IMG/VR virus record: IMGVR_UViG_3300044981_000350
Coordinates: 1 to 64,000 of that record
DNA from: a virus
Strand: one strand, 5' to 3'
DNA: 64,000 nt
Part shown: in pieces, positions 1 to 11,221 of the stretch
Position numbering within the stretch: position 1 is the first letter of the stretch
Layout of the letters: the number at the start of each line of letters is the position of its first letter
The notes under the pieces: generated by a model
What the model saw: the letters and a program-made list of their open reading frames with translations, nothing else
Database searches by the model: none
What the model was told of the DNA's origin: nothing
Made by a program: the position numbers and the translations under genes

Positions 1-4
1 TCCC

Positions 5-2191
5 GTGGGGGCCCAAGGGGCTACGGGCGCGAGCGGCACGCCGGGAACCAACGGGGCAACCGGAGCCACCGGAGCTGCGGGCAATACCGGCCCTACCGGA
101 GCCAAGGGCGCGACCGGCACTGCGGGGCAAAACGCGTTCGGCGTCACGACGGCCGATTTCGTTCAACCGGCGGTCGGCACCACGGTCACAATCCAAGTGG
201 ATTCCACCGCTTGGATGGGGATGGGGCAACCCCTCTTCATCGAAACCGGCGGGGATTACATCATCGACGGGATCGCATCGGGCACGATCCTCACCGTCAC
301 CAACGTCGGGGATAGCGTCAACGCATCCCCAGGGACGACCATCCCGAGCGGATCGACCGTAAGCCCGGGGGGTTTGCAAGGGGCTACGGGACCGACCGGG
401 CCTCAGGGCATCACCGGGCCCCTGGGTGCAACCGGCGCCACCGGCGCAACGGGCGGGATCGGAGCTACCGGAAGCACGGGGCCGACGGGAATCACCGGTG
501 CGACCGGTGCCGGGGTCACCGGGGCTACAGGTGCAGTCGGTTCTACCGGGCCCACGGGGCCGGTAGGGATCACGGGCGCTACCGGGCCGCAGGGGAATCA
601 AGGAACGACAGGGCCGACCGGACCCACGGGTGGTCAAGGCGCCACCGGGGCTACTGGGGCCACCGGAACTACGGGGGGCGCCGGGAGCACGGGCGCCACC
701 GGCACGCAAGGGACGACCGGACCGACGGGCGCGCAAGGAACGACTGGGGCCACCGGGGCGACCGGGGGTCAAGGCGCGACGGGGGCGACGGGATCAACGG
801 GGGGCCAAGGGGCCACCGGCGCGACTGGAGCTCAGGGAACCACCGGACCGACGGGCGCCAACGGAGCCAATGGTGCTACGGGCGCAACTGGGGCCACGGG
901 GGCCCAGGGGGTCACCGGCGCCACCGGGGTGGGGTCGCTCAACCCGCCGGTCACAACGACGGTCCACACCAATAGCAGCAATGCGATCTATACCATCGAC
1001 TCTACGGGGGGCGGGGCCGATAGTATCATCTGGCACAACAAGACGGGCAATACCTCTTACGTTTTGCCGGCGCCGACCGCGGGGCGACTCCTTCAGCTCC
1101 AAGATCGCCGGGGCTCGATCCAAACCCCCAGCAATTGGGTGTCGATCGTGCCCAACGCGGGGGAGTCGATCAATAGCTCTGCCGGCTTCGCGATGACGGG
1201 CACCGTCACGACGAACGGTACAACGGCAATCGTTGGTTCGAGCACCCTCTTTACTCAAGAGACCTACGTTGGGGCCTCGATCATCATCTCGAATCAAGGC
1301 GGGGTCGACTACATCATCGCATCGATCACCGACGACACCCATCTTACTCTCACGACCGCCTTTACGGGGGCCTCCGCAAGTGGGCTTACGAGCCTTCGCA
1401 CAAGCCTCCTCTTCGCCGCAAACTACGGGCGGCTCTACATCGAATCCGATGGTACCAACTGGTCGATCAACGGCGACGGCACACCGACGCGCATCCAATT
1501 TACGGCGGCAACCTCGTTCATACCCCCCGCTGGGGTAGCTGCCGGGGTGGCCGTAGGCGCAGGCGGCGGAGGTGGTGGAGGCGGCGGCGGCACAACGTCC
1601 AGTCAGAGCGCGGGTGGTGGCGGGGGCTCGCTCGAGGGCCGAAAGGATGTTGCCTTTACACCGAACACCTCATATGCAGTTACGATCGGGGCGGGGGGTG
1701 CGGGGGGTAACGCGGGCGCCAATATCGGCACCCACGGGGGGAGTACAGCGCTCGGGTCGCTCGTAACTTTCCCGGGAGCATCGGGCGGTCAATCGAACAC
1801 CGGCGGAGGGGCGGGAGGGATCGCCGTCACATCCACCGGGGCCACAAACGTTTACCAAAATAACAACGGCATCGGCGGGTCCGTCGCCGGGGGTGGGGAC
1901 GGGGGTAATTCCAGCGGCCCACCCGCAGGTGGCGGCGACAATCCGTCCGGAGGTCTGGGTGCAGCCGCAGGAACGTCTTCGGGCATATGGTATGGAGGGG
2001 CCGGTGGAGGCGGCGGCCCGCGCGGTAACGGCGGCGCCGGGGGTACCGGTAGCAACGGCGGTACCGCGGGCAATGGTGTCGCACCGAGCGCGAACACCGG
2101 CGCGGGTGGCGGTGGCGGCGGTACCGGTGCCGCAGGCGGGAACGGCGCTACTGGTGGCTCAGGTTATCTCGATGTCATCTACACTCTCTAA
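5..2191 (+). CDS. Collagen-like fibre/spike protein with Gly-rich C-terminal domain (5' end probably truncated by the window)
   Basis: Long G-X-T triplet runs (GAT/GPT), an internal beta-type domain ([13 protein letters not shown]...), and a Gly-rich C-terminus ending [12 protein letters not shown]. Confidence 0.8.
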   Translation: MGAQGATGASGTPGTNGATGATGAAGNTGPTGAKGATGTAGQNAFGVTTADFVQPAVGTTVTIQVDSTAWMGMGQPLFIETGGDYIIDGIASGTILTVTNVGDSVNASPGTTIPSGSTVSPGGLQGATGPTGPQGITGPLGATGATGATGGIGATGSTGPTGITGATGAGVTGATGAVGSTGPTGPVGITGATGPQGNQGTTGPTGPTGGQGATGATGATGTTGGAGSTGATGTQGTTGPTGAQGTTGATGATGGQGATGATGSTGGQGATGATGAQGTTGPTGANGANGATGATGATGAQGVTGATGVGSLNPPVTTTVHTNSSNAIYTIDSTGGGADSIIWHNKTGNTSYVLPAPTAGRLLQLQDRRGSIQTPSNWVSIVPNAGESINSSAGFAMTGTVTTNGTTAIVGSSTLFTQETYVGASIIISNQGGVDYIIASITDDTHLTLTTAFTGASASGLTSLRTSLLFAANYGRLYIESDGTNWSINGDGTPTRIQFTAATSFIPPAGVAAGVAVGAGGGGGGGGGGTTSSQSAGGGGGSLEGRKDVAFTPNTSYAVTIGAGGAGGNAGANIGTHGGSTALGSLVTFPGASGGQSNTGGGAGGIAVTSTGATNVYQNNNGIGGSVAGGGDGGNSSGPPAGGGDNPSGGLGAAAGTSSGIWYGGAGGGGGPRGNGGAGGTGSNGGTAGNGVAPSANTGAGGGGGGTGAAGGNGATGGSGYLDVIYTL

Positions 2192-2218
2192 AAAAACAAA
2201 AGCGGAAAGCGGAAACCA

Positions 2219-3754
2219 ATGAGTGCCCAAAACATTCCCGGATCGAGTCAAGTCGACGCGTTACGAAACCTTCAATACATCCGCTCTGGCGGCGGGGGCG
2301 GAGGCGGCGCTACGGGCCCGACCGGTCCTAGTGGAGCTACCGGCGCAACTGGCGCTACCGGGGCTACAGGCGTTGGGGCTACCGGGCCGACAGGCCCCCA
2401 GGGGGCGACCGGGGCTACTGGGCCGGCCATGTTCCAACCTTTCAGCGGCACGCGCTATATCGACCCGTCGAACGTCACCGGCGGCGCTAGCGACTCCAAC
2501 ACCGGGGTCAACCCCACCAACAGCCCGCCGGGCACGGGGCCGATCCTCACGACGGTGCACCTCAACGCGCTGCTCTACGCACGAAGCCTCACTGGGAACA
2601 CGACCATCACCTACCTGAGTAATGACGTGAGCGGGGTCGGGCTTCTAACCGATACGGTCAACCGAGGGCTCTTCACATTGAACTTCGTCGGAACCCCTCA
2701 GGTGGTTCACACGGGGGGCGCAATCAACGCAGGCACTACCGCGATCAGCCCGAGCACCAATCAACGACAGACGGTTCATACGAGCGATCTGACGACCTTC
2801 GCGCCCTACGTACTCACCGCGTTGGGGGGCTCTGCAACCCTACCGACCCGCCTCGTTGATACGACAACCAACAGCAGCGCATGGATCGTCTCCGCGACGA
2901 CCCCGGCGACGCCGAGTATGAGCCGACCCGTGAGCCAAGCGAGCTTCGCGGCCGGGGCCCTCACGATCGGGGACCCCTATGAGATCGTCACCGGCTCAGT
3001 GTTGACGCTAGCCGCGAGCGGTGAAGCTCCCAACAACGAACTTGGAAGCACCTCGTTTACTAACTTCGCCTTTACGGCCGCGAGCGGGGAGGGGCCTCTC
3101 TCAGTATTCACTCGATGTTCCTTCGACGGTTCGATAGCCACCGGGGGCTCACTTGAAGATTGCTTCGCCACCAATGGATGCGTGGCGATCGGGGTCTCGC
3201 TCAACATGGACGCTGGGGTGCTCTACGCACAACCGCTCGTCGATGAGGTCATCGGACCCTTCAATATAAGCAGCGACATCTATATCACGGGGGATTCGTT
3301 CGTGGTGGCGTTGGATCAGTATGCGAACATCTTTCTATCGCCAGGAATCGGGGCTGGCATCCAGTTGCAAGATACGACCGGATCCGGAGCGATGCGGGTG
3401 CAAGTGCCTACGCAATTGGGGCCGGGCCCAGGGCTCATCTGGGGCACGGGCAACGCCGAAGTTGGGATCTTGATCGATGGAGCTAACGTCGGTTTGTCGG
3501 TTCCAAACACGGCGGGGTCGATCCCGACCGTGACCGGTACCGCGGGCGATTTCGGATTCATTGGGCAAGGAAACCTCGGCCTCATCACCGTAGCGCGCGC
3601 CTGGGATGACACGGCTGGGGCTTACACTGAAGTAGGGGGGGTAGCTACGCGAACCACCACGTGGGCTCATCTCGTAGCTACCATCGGGGCGGGGGGCTTC
3701 AACAACAACGCACATAATGTCGCCACCAATGCATCTGTCACGACGGTCTCGTAA
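2219..3754 (+). CDS. Putative fibre/spike protein with short collagen stalk
   Basis: Leader [14 protein letters not shown] shared with next gene; short GXT run; large T/G/S-rich C-terminal region. Confidence 0.7.
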   Translation: MSAQNIPGSSQVDALRNLQYIRSGGGGGGGATGPTGPSGATGATGATGATGVGATGPTGPQGATGATGPAMFQPFSGTRYIDPSNVTGGASDSNTGVNPTNSPPGTGPILTTVHLNALLYARSLTGNTTITYLSNDVSGVGLLTDTVNRGLFTLNFVGTPQVVHTGGAINAGTTAISPSTNQRQTVHTSDLTTFAPYVLTALGGSATLPTRLVDTTTNSSAWIVSATTPATPSMSRPVSQASFAAGALTIGDPYEIVTGSVLTLAASGEAPNNELGSTSFTNFAFTAASGEGPLSVFTRCSFDGSIATGGSLEDCFATNGCVAIGVSLNMDAGVLYAQPLVDEVIGPFNISSDIYITGDSFVVALDQYANIFLSPGIGAGIQLQDTTGSGAMRVQVPTQLGPGPGLIWGTGNAEVGILIDGANVGLSVPNTAGSIPTVTGTAGDFGFIGQGNLGLITVARAWDDTAGAYTEVGGVATRTTTWAHLVATIGAGGFNNNAHNVATNASVTTVS

Positions 3755-3773
3755 ACCGTACGAATGAAATAAA

Positions 3774-5609
3774 ATGGGCCAAAATATCCCGGGGTCATCC
3801 CAAGTCGACGCACTTCGCAACCAGGCTGCCCTCAAAGGCGCTACCGGCGGAGCCTCTGGGGCTACTGGGCCCGAGGGCCCCACCGGCGCCACGGGTCCGG
3901 CCGGAACTCCGGGGGGAGCCACTGGGGCGACAGGCCCGATCGGCCCTGGCGGCGGCGCGTCTGGGCCCACCGGCCCTTCCGGCCCCACGGGTTCCCCTGG
4001 CGCTACGGGTGCAACAGGGAGTGGAGCCACCGGCGCGACGGGGGCGAGCGGTACCGCCGGAACCGTCGGGGCAACTGGGGCGACGGGCGCGGGCGTGACC
4101 GGAGCTACTGGGAGCCAGGGGGCGACGGGCGCTACAGGGGCCTCAGGTACAGTCGGGGCCACGGGCGCAACCGGAACGAAGGGGGCCACCGGAGCTAGCG
4201 GCGCCAACGCCTTCGGGGTGACCACCGCAAGCTTTGTGCAACCCACCGTCGGGAGTGACGTCAGCGTCAACGTCGACACCACCGATTGGATGGGGCTCGG
4301 CCAACCCGTGTTCGTAGAGACCGGGGGTGACTACACCGTGGCGGGCATCGCCAGCGGCACGATCGTGAACCTGACCAACGTAGGGGATAGCGTCAATGTG
4401 AGCCCCGGCACGACGGTCAACGCCGGTTCAAGTATTAGCCCCGGGGGCTTGCAGGGCGCCTCTGGACCGACGGGCCCCACCGGAACCCAAGGAGCGACTG
4501 GCGCCACGGGGGCGCAGGGGATTCAAGGCCCCTCCGGACCCACGGGGGCTACGGGACCGGTTGCGGCGACGGGGCCCACCGGCCCGGCGGGGGTTACCGG
4601 GGCGACAGGGCCGCTCGGCGCTACGGGCGCCACGGGCGCAGTAGGAATCACCGGAGCTACGGGGCCGAACGGAAACACTGGCGCAACGGGCGCTACGGGG
4701 CCGGGGGGAACGCAGGGCGCCACCGGGGCCACCGGCAGTGGTGGGGCCCAGGGCGCGACGGGCGCCACCGGGGCAAACGGAACGAACGGCGCTACCGGCA
4801 ATACCGGACCAATCGGTGTGACTGGCGCAACAGGGCCGGCTGGGAGCGCGAATGTTTCTATCGGTACCTTCGCGAGCCGACCGGCCGCGGGCACCGCCGG
4901 GCGCATCTATATTGCAACGGATAGCGCAGTAGGCTTCGCGGTAGATAACGGGAGCGCATGGCTTCCAATGCTGGGAGGGATGGTGCCGGGGGTGCAACCG
5001 CCGTTGGCGGCTACGTTCACGGCGGTCAATCAAGGGACATCGACGTTGACGGACGCGAACGGAACACTCATCTATACAGGGGTCATCGACACCGGGACAA
5101 CCTTCCGCGGTTATGTGCAGTCGTGGCCCAGCGGAACCACGAATACTAATACGATCGAAGGGTCAATAACTCAAATTGGTAACGCGGCGAGTTCGGGGGC
5201 CACAAACGGTTTTCCGTCTTTCGCTATTGTTATGCGCGAGTCTGCTACGGGCAAGATGCTCCAGATTGAGCTCATCTTCCAAACCGATGCCGGTGGATCA
5301 GGCGGTTTCCCTGGCGCATGGTTTACGACAGTTTCTACATGGACCGCCGCTAGCGGTTCGGGGAATAGATCCGCCACTAACTACACGTTCCCCGATCACG
5401 GAACGGGGTCGGCGGTATTTATGCGACTCCGGCGTGCTACCGCAAACATTTTCGTAGAGATGAGCCGCGACCGCCAAAACTGGGTCCAGATTGGTAATAG
5501 CCTCGCGGTGACAGCTGTTTTTACAACGGCGCCGGACCAGTATGGGATCGGCGGTTTCGGCCAGATCGTTTTGACCACCGGGCAATGCATGCACCTCGTT
5601 GCCTCATGA
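3774..5609 (+). CDS. Collagen-like fibre protein with C-terminal putative receptor-binding domain
   Basis: Same leader as the 2219 gene; two GXT runs flanking a domain homologous to that in the 5..2191 gene; globular C-terminus. Confidence 0.8.
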   Translation: MGQNIPGSSQVDALRNQAALKGATGGASGATGPEGPTGATGPAGTPGGATGATGPIGPGGGASGPTGPSGPTGSPGATGATGSGATGATGASGTAGTVGATGATGAGVTGATGSQGATGATGASGTVGATGATGTKGATGASGANAFGVTTASFVQPTVGSDVSVNVDTTDWMGLGQPVFVETGGDYTVAGIASGTIVNLTNVGDSVNVSPGTTVNAGSSISPGGLQGASGPTGPTGTQGATGATGAQGIQGPSGPTGATGPVAATGPTGPAGVTGATGPLGATGATGAVGITGATGPNGNTGATGATGPGGTQGATGATGSGGAQGATGATGANGTNGATGNTGPIGVTGATGPAGSANVSIGTFASRPAAGTAGRIYIATDSAVGFAVDNGSAWLPMLGGMVPGVQPPLAATFTAVNQGTSTLTDANGTLIYTGVIDTGTTFRGYVQSWPSGTTNTNTIEGSITQIGNAASSGATNGFPSFAIVMRESATGKMLQIELIFQTDAGGSGGFPGAWFTTVSTWTAASGSGNRSATNYTFPDHGTGSAVFMRLRRATANIFVEMSRDRQNWVQIGNSLAVTAVFTTAPDQYGIGGFGQIVLTTGQCMHLVAS

Positions 5610-5646
5610 CCGTTGGATGGTTAGGCTCTCAGTAAGGAGACGCATT

Positions 5647-5946
5647 ATGAAACTCAACTACCAGCTATATGCAGCCCCCGGTTCTGTTATTGTTGTAGGC
5701 GCCGACACTAACGGCGTACCGGATCTCGTAGGAATAAGCGGGCTTACCGCACCAGTCTTCGTAGGCGTACCTACGTTAGAGTCAGGGTCGACGATCTTCG
5801 TCACCGATACTGACGGATCCTGTAACGCTACGAATTACATCCAAATCAACTACTTCGTTGGCGCCCCTATCGTTCTATCGACCCCGTATGCCTCAGTCGA
5901 GATCATGACGCTACCTACCGGCATGGTCGCTATTACGCAAAAGTAG
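5647..5946 (+). CDS. Small beta-rich protein, possibly fibre-associated
   Basis: AAGGAGA RBS before ATG at 5647; last gene of the fibre operon. Confidence 0.6.
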   Translation: MKLNYQLYAAPGSVIVVGADTNGVPDLVGISGLTAPVFVGVPTLESGSTIFVTDTDGSCNATNYIQINYFVGAPIVLSTPYASVEIMTLPTGMVAITQK

Positions 5947-5949
5947 CGT

Positions 5950-6204
5950 TCACTTATCGACGCATCGCCCAATCAACGCCACGCCGCGGTCCTTCACAAA
6001 AGCCCCCGCGGCGCCGCACCATCCAACCTCGAGCCGCCGGACCGTCTCTGGCGTCATGCAGTAGGCACCGTAGCCCTCTGACACCTGGGTCAACCCCGGG
6101 AGGCAGTCACGCGGAGTCAGCGCCGAACCGAGTTGTGCTCCAAGCGCGAGAGCTAGAGCACAACCGACGCCGTAGGCCGCCGCGAGAAGCCCGAAGGTCT
6201 TCAC
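5950..6204 (-). CDS. Small secreted/membrane protein
   Basis: GTGA overlap with upstream gene; hydrophobic N-terminus; several Cys. Confidence 0.5.
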   Translation of the reverse strand: MKTFGLLAAAYGVGCALALALGAQLGSALTPRDCLPGLTQVSEGYGAYCMTPETVRRLEVGWCGAAGAFVKDRGVALIGRCVDK

Positions 6205-7451
6205 CGGCTCTTCACCGCGCGGAGCTCGAGTTGGGCCTTCTCCGCGAGGGCCCCGCAAGAGCGTAGCGAATCCAGCATCGCGTTCCCCTTATCCGGGCCC
6301 AACGCCGCGAGCACGCTCGACTTGGAAAGGCGTTCGACCATCTTCTCGACCAGCTCCACGGTGCTCCCGTCGGGGCATTCCCCGGGGCCATTGGCGGCCA
6401 CCCAAGCGCGGATCTCTTCGCCGAGGCGATCGGACATCCGATTGAACTCACGACGGGCCTGGTGAATGGCGCCCACACGTTGAGCCGTAAGGGGGCCGCC
6501 GGCCCGTTGCAATACCGTCAGCGACGTGGTGTTGGTCGGACACGCACTCCAGGCGGGGCAGTACGAACACCAATCGCCGGGATGGAGCCACCCGTTACCG
6601 AGCCGCTTCCAAACTTTGGTCAACTCCGTGCGGTGCTGGCACAAGTCAGAAACCGTCAACTCGTCGGCCATCACTTGAGGGAGGCCCTCGAGCGGTGCAT
6701 GGAAGAACGCCACGATCACCAAGTCGGGGGCATACAGATCAGCGAAGGCTGTTGCCAAGGAACGGAGCTGGCCATTCTCGGCTGGGGTCCGGGGCTGCCA
6801 GTCGGCGGCGACGTTCCACCCCGACTTGTGGTCCAGCACGAGCAAAACCTTCGCTCCCTTCGGTTGGAGGTGCATCGATCCGCCGGCGCCTAACGAAACT
6901 AAGTCTGCGGTGCCTGGAAACTCCTCCTCCAACGCTTCGGGGTAGTCATGCGCATTCCCCGGCCCACCCGGAAGTAAACGCGTGGGTCCCCCCGCCATAT
7001 TCAGCGCGGCGGTCACCTCGGTGGAAACCTTGCCACGAGTGAAGTCGAGACCCCACATATTCGACCCGCGAAGCCACTTGAGCAGCACCGGCAGCGCGGA
7101 ACCCACCCGATCGCGCAGCTCATCGACGTCGACATCCCACTTCTTTGCGGAGGCCTTTGCGTTGAAGCGCTTCCCCCGCAATATCGCCTCGGCCCCCTCA
7201 TGGAAGGCGCTTCCGAATCGGGTGCGTTCACCGACGGTCTCGGCGTGGACCGACTTGAACCATGGGTAACTACATTGAAAGAGCAGATCCGTTTTGCTCA
7301 TCGTGGGCCGCACGAGCCGAACCAACTCCGCCGGCGGGTCCGTCGAATCTGTCGCGAGGGATTCCGCAAGTTCACCCGACAGCGATGCGACCCGCGCGGG
7401 AATCTTGCGAGGGCCCGATCCGTTGACGACCCGGAGCCTTACTTTTGCCAC
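6201..7451 (-). CDS. Cas4/AddB-like PD-(D/E)XK exonuclease
   Basis: QC..W, FGSAFH, GTADLV, VLDHKSG, QL and C-terminal CSYCP...CP (four Fe-S-type Cys); start placed at GTG 7451. Confidence 0.8.
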   Translation of the reverse strand: MAKVRLRVVNGSGPRKIPARVASLSGELAESLATDSTDPPAELVRLVRPTMSKTDLLFQCSYPWFKSVHAETVGERTRFGSAFHEGAEAILRGKRFNAKASAKKWDVDVDELRDRVGSALPVLLKWLRGSNMWGLDFTRGKVSTEVTAALNMAGGPTRLLPGGPGNAHDYPEALEEEFPGTADLVSLGAGGSMHLQPKGAKVLLVLDHKSGWNVAADWQPRTPAENGQLRSLATAFADLYAPDLVIVAFFHAPLEGLPQVMADELTVSDLCQHRTELTKVWKRLGNGWLHPGDWCSYCPAWSACPTNTTSLTVLQRAGGPLTAQRVGAIHQARREFNRMSDRLGEEIRAWVAANGPGECPDGSTVELVEKMVERLSKSSVLAALGPDKGNAMLDSLRSCGALAEKAQLELRAVKSR

Positions 7452-7654
7452 GGTTGACGCACTCCGACGGCCAATTCGCGGAGCCACCAGACTAGGGCAG
7501 CCAACGCAATGAGGGGCCAGACCGTAGCGATCCCCACATCTAAACCGTCGACCGGGGGATCGCCCTCTTGTCGATCGCCAGCCATGGCGCGTAGGTAAGT
7601 CCCACCGCCGAGGATCCAAAGTAGGCCCGCTAAAACCCAACCCATCATGTTCAT
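7439..7654 (-). CDS. Small membrane protein
   Basis: Two hydrophobic segments; overlaps neighbouring genes. Confidence 0.55.
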   Translation of the reverse strand: MNMMGWVLAGLLWILGGGTYLRAMAGDRQEGDPPVDGLDVGIATVWPLIALAALVWWLRELAVGVRQPWQK

Positions 7655-7779
7655 GGCCTCAACAAGAGAATGCCGCACAACAGGGCGCTCATCCCCAGGA
7701 TCGACTGCAACACCGAAAGTGGCTCGACCCAGGTAATGATCGCGAGCGTCACGACGAAAGCCGCCAGCCCATACTTCAT
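7651..7779 (-). CDS. 42-aa hydrophobic protein (below the ORF track cutoff)
   Basis: Hand-translated MKYGLAAFVVTLAIITWVEP...; ATGA overlaps on both sides. Confidence 0.5.
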   Translation of the reverse strand: MKYGLAAFVVTLAIITWVEPLSVLQSILGMSALLCGILLLRP

Positions 7780-8024
7780 GAGAGCGCGCGACGAAGAGCG
7801 ATACGACCGGCGGCGCTGATGGAGATCACCGCATCCTCGTGGCCCGGCACCAGCACAATCAACCGCGGGCGCATCTTGAACAGATCGTCGAGCTGGTCTT
7901 CTACGGCGTCGAAAAAGCTGGCTTTGCAGGCGCCGAATTCCTCGAGCGTTTGGAGAATGTTGATCTGCTCGTGGGTGAGGGGCGCAACATCCGGCGATTC
8001 GAATTCAACCAGTTTGAGGGTCAT
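7776..8024 (-). CDS. Hypothetical protein, possibly winged-helix-like
   Basis: LTHEQINILQTL...ISAAGRIAL pattern; fits operon. Confidence 0.55.
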   Translation of the reverse strand: MTLKLVEFESPDVAPLTHEQINILQTLEEFGACKASFFDAVEDQLDDLFKMRPRLIVLVPGHEDAVISISAAGRIALRRALS

Positions 8025-8256
8025 CGGGGGTTCAACCGAGCGGCGTGGGGGAGGGGGTAGGAATGTTCCAGGAATGATGGTCCAGTTTGGCCCGGCGACG
8101 CCCGTTCGTAAAGGGGGTTTTTGCCCAAAAGCATGCGGATGCCGTCGATGAGATCGCGCTCTTCGGGGGATGCACGGCGGGGGGTGTAACTATGGGGCAT
8201 CGAGAGCTTCGTGGTGGTGGGATACGCGGGTTAGTGACGGAGAGTTCCGCCGGGCC

Positions 8257-8514
8257 TCACCTCGATCGCTGCCGCGAACCTGCCTTGATAACGACAGCGA
8301 CGAACGTGCCGCCACCAAAGCCTATCGCGTAAGCCGCGATAAATATCGGCCGGTGAATTGCCTCGCCGAGCCCTATGCAAGTCACAAGGGCGTTGAACAT
8401 AGACCACAACGAGGCTCGCGCCGGCTGTCCTTGCTCGGAGTGATGCACCCAAAACACGCAGCCAGCCTCGTATGCAGCGCCGCAAAGAGACGTGAGCAAC
8501 AATGACCAGATCAT
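8257..8514 (-). CDS. Small multi-pass membrane protein
   Basis: Three hydrophobic segments ending GFGGGTFVAV. Confidence 0.55.
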   Translation of the reverse strand: MIWSLLLTSLCGAAYEAGCVFWVHHSEQGQPARASLWSMFNALVTCIGLGEAIHRPIFIAAYAIGFGGGTFVAVVIKAGSRQRSR

Positions 8515-8643
8515 CTCGACATCCTGGTCATCGCGGCGCGCGCCGAATCTTGCGATACAACCATCGCGCCGCAGGGAAGTGCCGTCGTCCGCTCAGCAGA
8601 AAGGCGCCGACAGCGAGGTAGATGATGATGTCGCGCAGCATGG

Positions 8644-9120
8644 TCATCGCGGCGCGCAGTCTCTACGTCGTCGTCCGGTCATCAGGTCTCTGGCGTGAGA
8701 CACCGTAATTCCGTAGCGGTCGGCCAACGTTCTGGATGTTGCTCCAGCCGCCGCCAACGACCGAAGCTCGACGAGTTGCTGAACATCAATAATGCCGTTT
8801 GGGTTCGACCGACCGAAGAGTCGCCCAGTGCGTATGCGGCCCTTCGCGATCATGTCGGCAGTATTGTCGAAAGGTAGCCCAAGGAACAAGTGATCCGGAT
8901 TCACGCATGCCGGCGTGTCGCAACGATGACACACGAACATACCGGCAGGCACAGGCCCAACGAACAGTTCGTAGGCAACTCGATGCGCACCGCGCCATCC
9001 ACCTGGAACGCCCAGCCGACCATATCCGGCGTCGTTCAGCGCCGCCGTCCAAAGCCAACACCCGGTGTTGGGTTCTGCCGTGTACTTACCTTCAAAGCGC
9101 TGGCGGACAGTGGGTTTCAT
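8644..9120 (-). CDS. HNH homing endonuclease
   Basis: GCWLW, AHRVAYE, VCHRCDTPACVNPDHL...N motifs and a C-terminal HTH-like tail. Confidence 0.9.
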   Translation of the reverse strand: MKPTVRQRFEGKYTAEPNTGCWLWTAALNDAGYGRLGVPGGWRGAHRVAYELFVGPVPAGMFVCHRCDTPACVNPDHLFLGLPFDNTADMIAKGRIRTGRLFGRSNPNGIIDVQQLVELRSLAAAGATSRTLADRYGITVSHARDLMTGRRRRDCAPR

Positions 9121-9124
9121 GATA

Positions 9125-9700
9125 TTAGGTCGCGCATTCCTGGCACGGTTTATTCACCACGTATCCGAGCGCGCCGGTAGCGTCTTCCTCCGTCTCGCCC
9201 GATCCGCCGCACGTTCCGCACACCGCCTTGCGCGCGGGCTCGGGGGCGGACGTCAGTCGACCGCCAAACGTATCGCCAGTGTCGAGCTTGGCGAACGCGC
9301 TCATCGTCTCGGCCATCGCTCGGTTTTGTGCCTTGCACTCCGCAAGCTCCGAGTCGCGTGCGGCGAGCTTTCTCTCCAGGTCAACGCGAATGCCCTCGGC
9401 CGCGTTGAGAGCGTTTGTAGCTGCCCGCAATCCCATGTCGTTACGACGCTCGTTTGCCTTCGCCTCCGCCAACTCCCCCGCAAGCCGCTGGAGCAAGCGG
9501 GCGGCGCGCTCGCGCAGTAGGCCACCAGGCTCGCAGCTCTCGCCCAGATCCTGTATCGCCTCCGCCACTTCCTCTGGCAGGACGGGCGAAGATAGCTGCT
9601 CGAGGGCGACGATGGCTTGCCCGATCAGCGCATCGTAATCGTCACATCTCACGTCGCGACGCTTGGCTCGTAGCGCGGCGATTATGTTTTCGGGCGTCAT
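9125..9700 (-). CDS. Coiled-coil protein with C-terminal Zn finger
   Basis: Heptad-rich middle; CGTCGGSG...CQEC. Confidence 0.65.
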   Translation of the reverse strand: MTPENIIAALRAKRRDVRCDDYDALIGQAIVALEQLSSPVLPEEVAEAIQDLGESCEPGGLLRERAARLLQRLAGELAEAKANERRNDMGLRAATNALNAAEGIRVDLERKLAARDSELAECKAQNRAMAETMSAFAKLDTGDTFGGRLTSAPEPARKAVCGTCGGSGETEEDATGALGYVVNKPCQECAT

Positions 9701-10002
9701 TCGCTCTTCTCCTCTTTCGTCGAGGAGATGGCGGCGTTTGCGGTCAGCGTCAACTCGTGCCGGATCGCCTCGACGGTTCGCAGTGCGTCATCCGCGGCGA
9801 CGGTGCCGAGCCATCCGATGGCACTCTCTAGCGAGTCGAGAGCTTGCTCGAGTAGCGACCTTAGCGCCCGCTCGCGTTTCTCAACGGCGGCTTCGTGGAT
9901 GTAGACGTGCGGATCCGTCCGATGCGGACAGTCGGCGTGAAGCGCGCCTGTCGCATGCTTGTACATCGTGATCCGCTCCGGCGGCGGCTTCGGCGCGGTC
10001 AT
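9697..10002 (-). CDS. Hypothetical protein
   Basis: ATG at 10002 (MTAPKPP); overlaps next gene. Confidence 0.5.
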   Translation of the reverse strand: MTAPKPPPERITMYKHATGALHADCPHRTDPHVYIHEAAVEKRERALRSLLEQALDSLESAIGWLGTVAADDALRTVEAIRHELTLTANAAISSTKEEKSE

Positions 10003-10111
10003 CGGCGCCTCAGAAGGTACCAGGCGCGATACACGATCGCGCCGAACAGAATGACGAACAACAGGCCTACCCAGGCCACGTCCGCTGCGCTCCAATCGAG
10101 GCACTGCGCCA

Positions 10112-10720
10112 TCACGCACCACCCTTCCCAAGCCCCATCTCGCGCGCGACGGCGCGGATTAGATCAGGCCAGCTCGCAGCAGTGGACCATCGACGGGAGC
10201 ACTTGTCGATCAGCGCCTCCACATCGAACGCGGGCGCGGCGGCGAAGCGCGCTCTGAGAACGCGCTCGAATGCGTCGATGCCATCGCCGATCGATGCCCA
10301 AAGCTTGAGCATCGTTTCCGTCCACCACGCCTCGTCCCGCACCACGGCCGGCGCGGGCGCGGCGAATCGGTGTGCGTTCGCGCGGAGCACGTCGACGCAA
10401 GCGACCACGAACGACGCTTTGCCATTGTCGGCTGGTCCGTGCGCCCAACGCTTGCGCCAGATCTCCTCCGCCATCGCCGCGAAGTCGGGCTCGGGCGCAA
10501 CGCCCCTTTCCCGCCGGCACTTCTTCTCCCAAGCCTCGTTCCACGCGCGCTCCTCGTGCGCCGGATAGTTGGGACCGACCGGCTTCTCCACCTCCGCCGG
10601 CACTTCCGTGCCCGCTTCGCAGGGCAAAGCGTTGACCAGCTGGACAAGGGTCTCCTTGTAGCGAACCATCGGGTCTTCGAGCATCGCCAGTATCGCGTCT
10701 CGGTCGGCCTTCTTGATCAT
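10112..10720 (-). CDS. Hypothetical protein
   Basis: ATGA overlap with upstream gene; helical composition. Confidence 0.55.
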   Translation of the reverse strand: MIKKADRDAILAMLEDPMVRYKETLVQLVNALPCEAGTEVPAEVEKPVGPNYPAHEERAWNEAWEKKCRRERGVAPEPDFAAMAEEIWRKRWAHGPADNGKASFVVACVDVLRANAHRFAAPAPAVVRDEAWWTETMLKLWASIGDGIDAFERVLRARFAAAPAFDVEALIDKCSRRWSTAASWPDLIRAVAREMGLGKGGA

Positions 10721-11079
10721 GCGCCTTTTCCTCCCTTGATCACTTTCAACTCTGGTAGCCCCTTGAGCCGCCTCTTCATCTGACGCACATCCCACGGCTC
10801 GGATTCATTCTTCCGCGCCGGTTTCTTCAACGGCGCCCCATCACTCCGGCGCCGAATCTCCGGCATCGGCGGCGCCGCGAGCGGGTTACCCGCCCGGGAT
10901 TCGACTACGATCTGAGCCCGCGCCAAGGTCGCCAGCCGAATGAAGTCGGCCGGTGTGATGCCCTGGATTTTGGCCGCCTTGATCACGAACTCCACCTCGA
11001 CGTTAGTAAGCCCGAGGCCGTTGAAGCAAGGGGGCTGAAGTCTCATCCGCGTCTCATCTGGGGTTGCCTTGGGTTTCAT
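10717..11079 (-). CDS. Putative ribbon-helix-helix transcriptional regulator
   Basis: LTNVEVEFVIKAAKIQGITPADFIRLATLARA resembles DUF1778/RHH; first gene of leftward operon, divergent from the VapE-type gene. Confidence 0.55.
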   Translation of the reverse strand: MKPKATPDETRMRLQPPCFNGLGLTNVEVEFVIKAAKIQGITPADFIRLATLARAQIVVESRAGNPLAAPPMPEIRRRSDGAPLKKPARKNESEPWDVRQMKRRLKGLPELKVIKGGKGA

Positions 11080-11221
11080 CCGGGCGGCGCCGCAACCCGT
11101 GGAATCTTGGGGAAAAGCCTTGCGCACAGCGGGTGTGCTCGGTAGCTTTACTTGCTCGGGCGGGCCCGTCAATGGGCCGCGGGCAACTTTTCTCTGAAAG
11201 GCGGCGAGACGATGGTGGTAC

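Noticed and set aside
3335-5033. Minus-strand PVA-repeat ORFs over collagen genes (also at 44767-46899)
   Set aside because: Antisense shadows of GXT codons.
6201-7451. CRISPR-Cas locus suggested by the Cas4-like nuclease
   Set aside because: No repeat-spacer array or other cas genes; solo Cas4-like exonucleases are common in phages.
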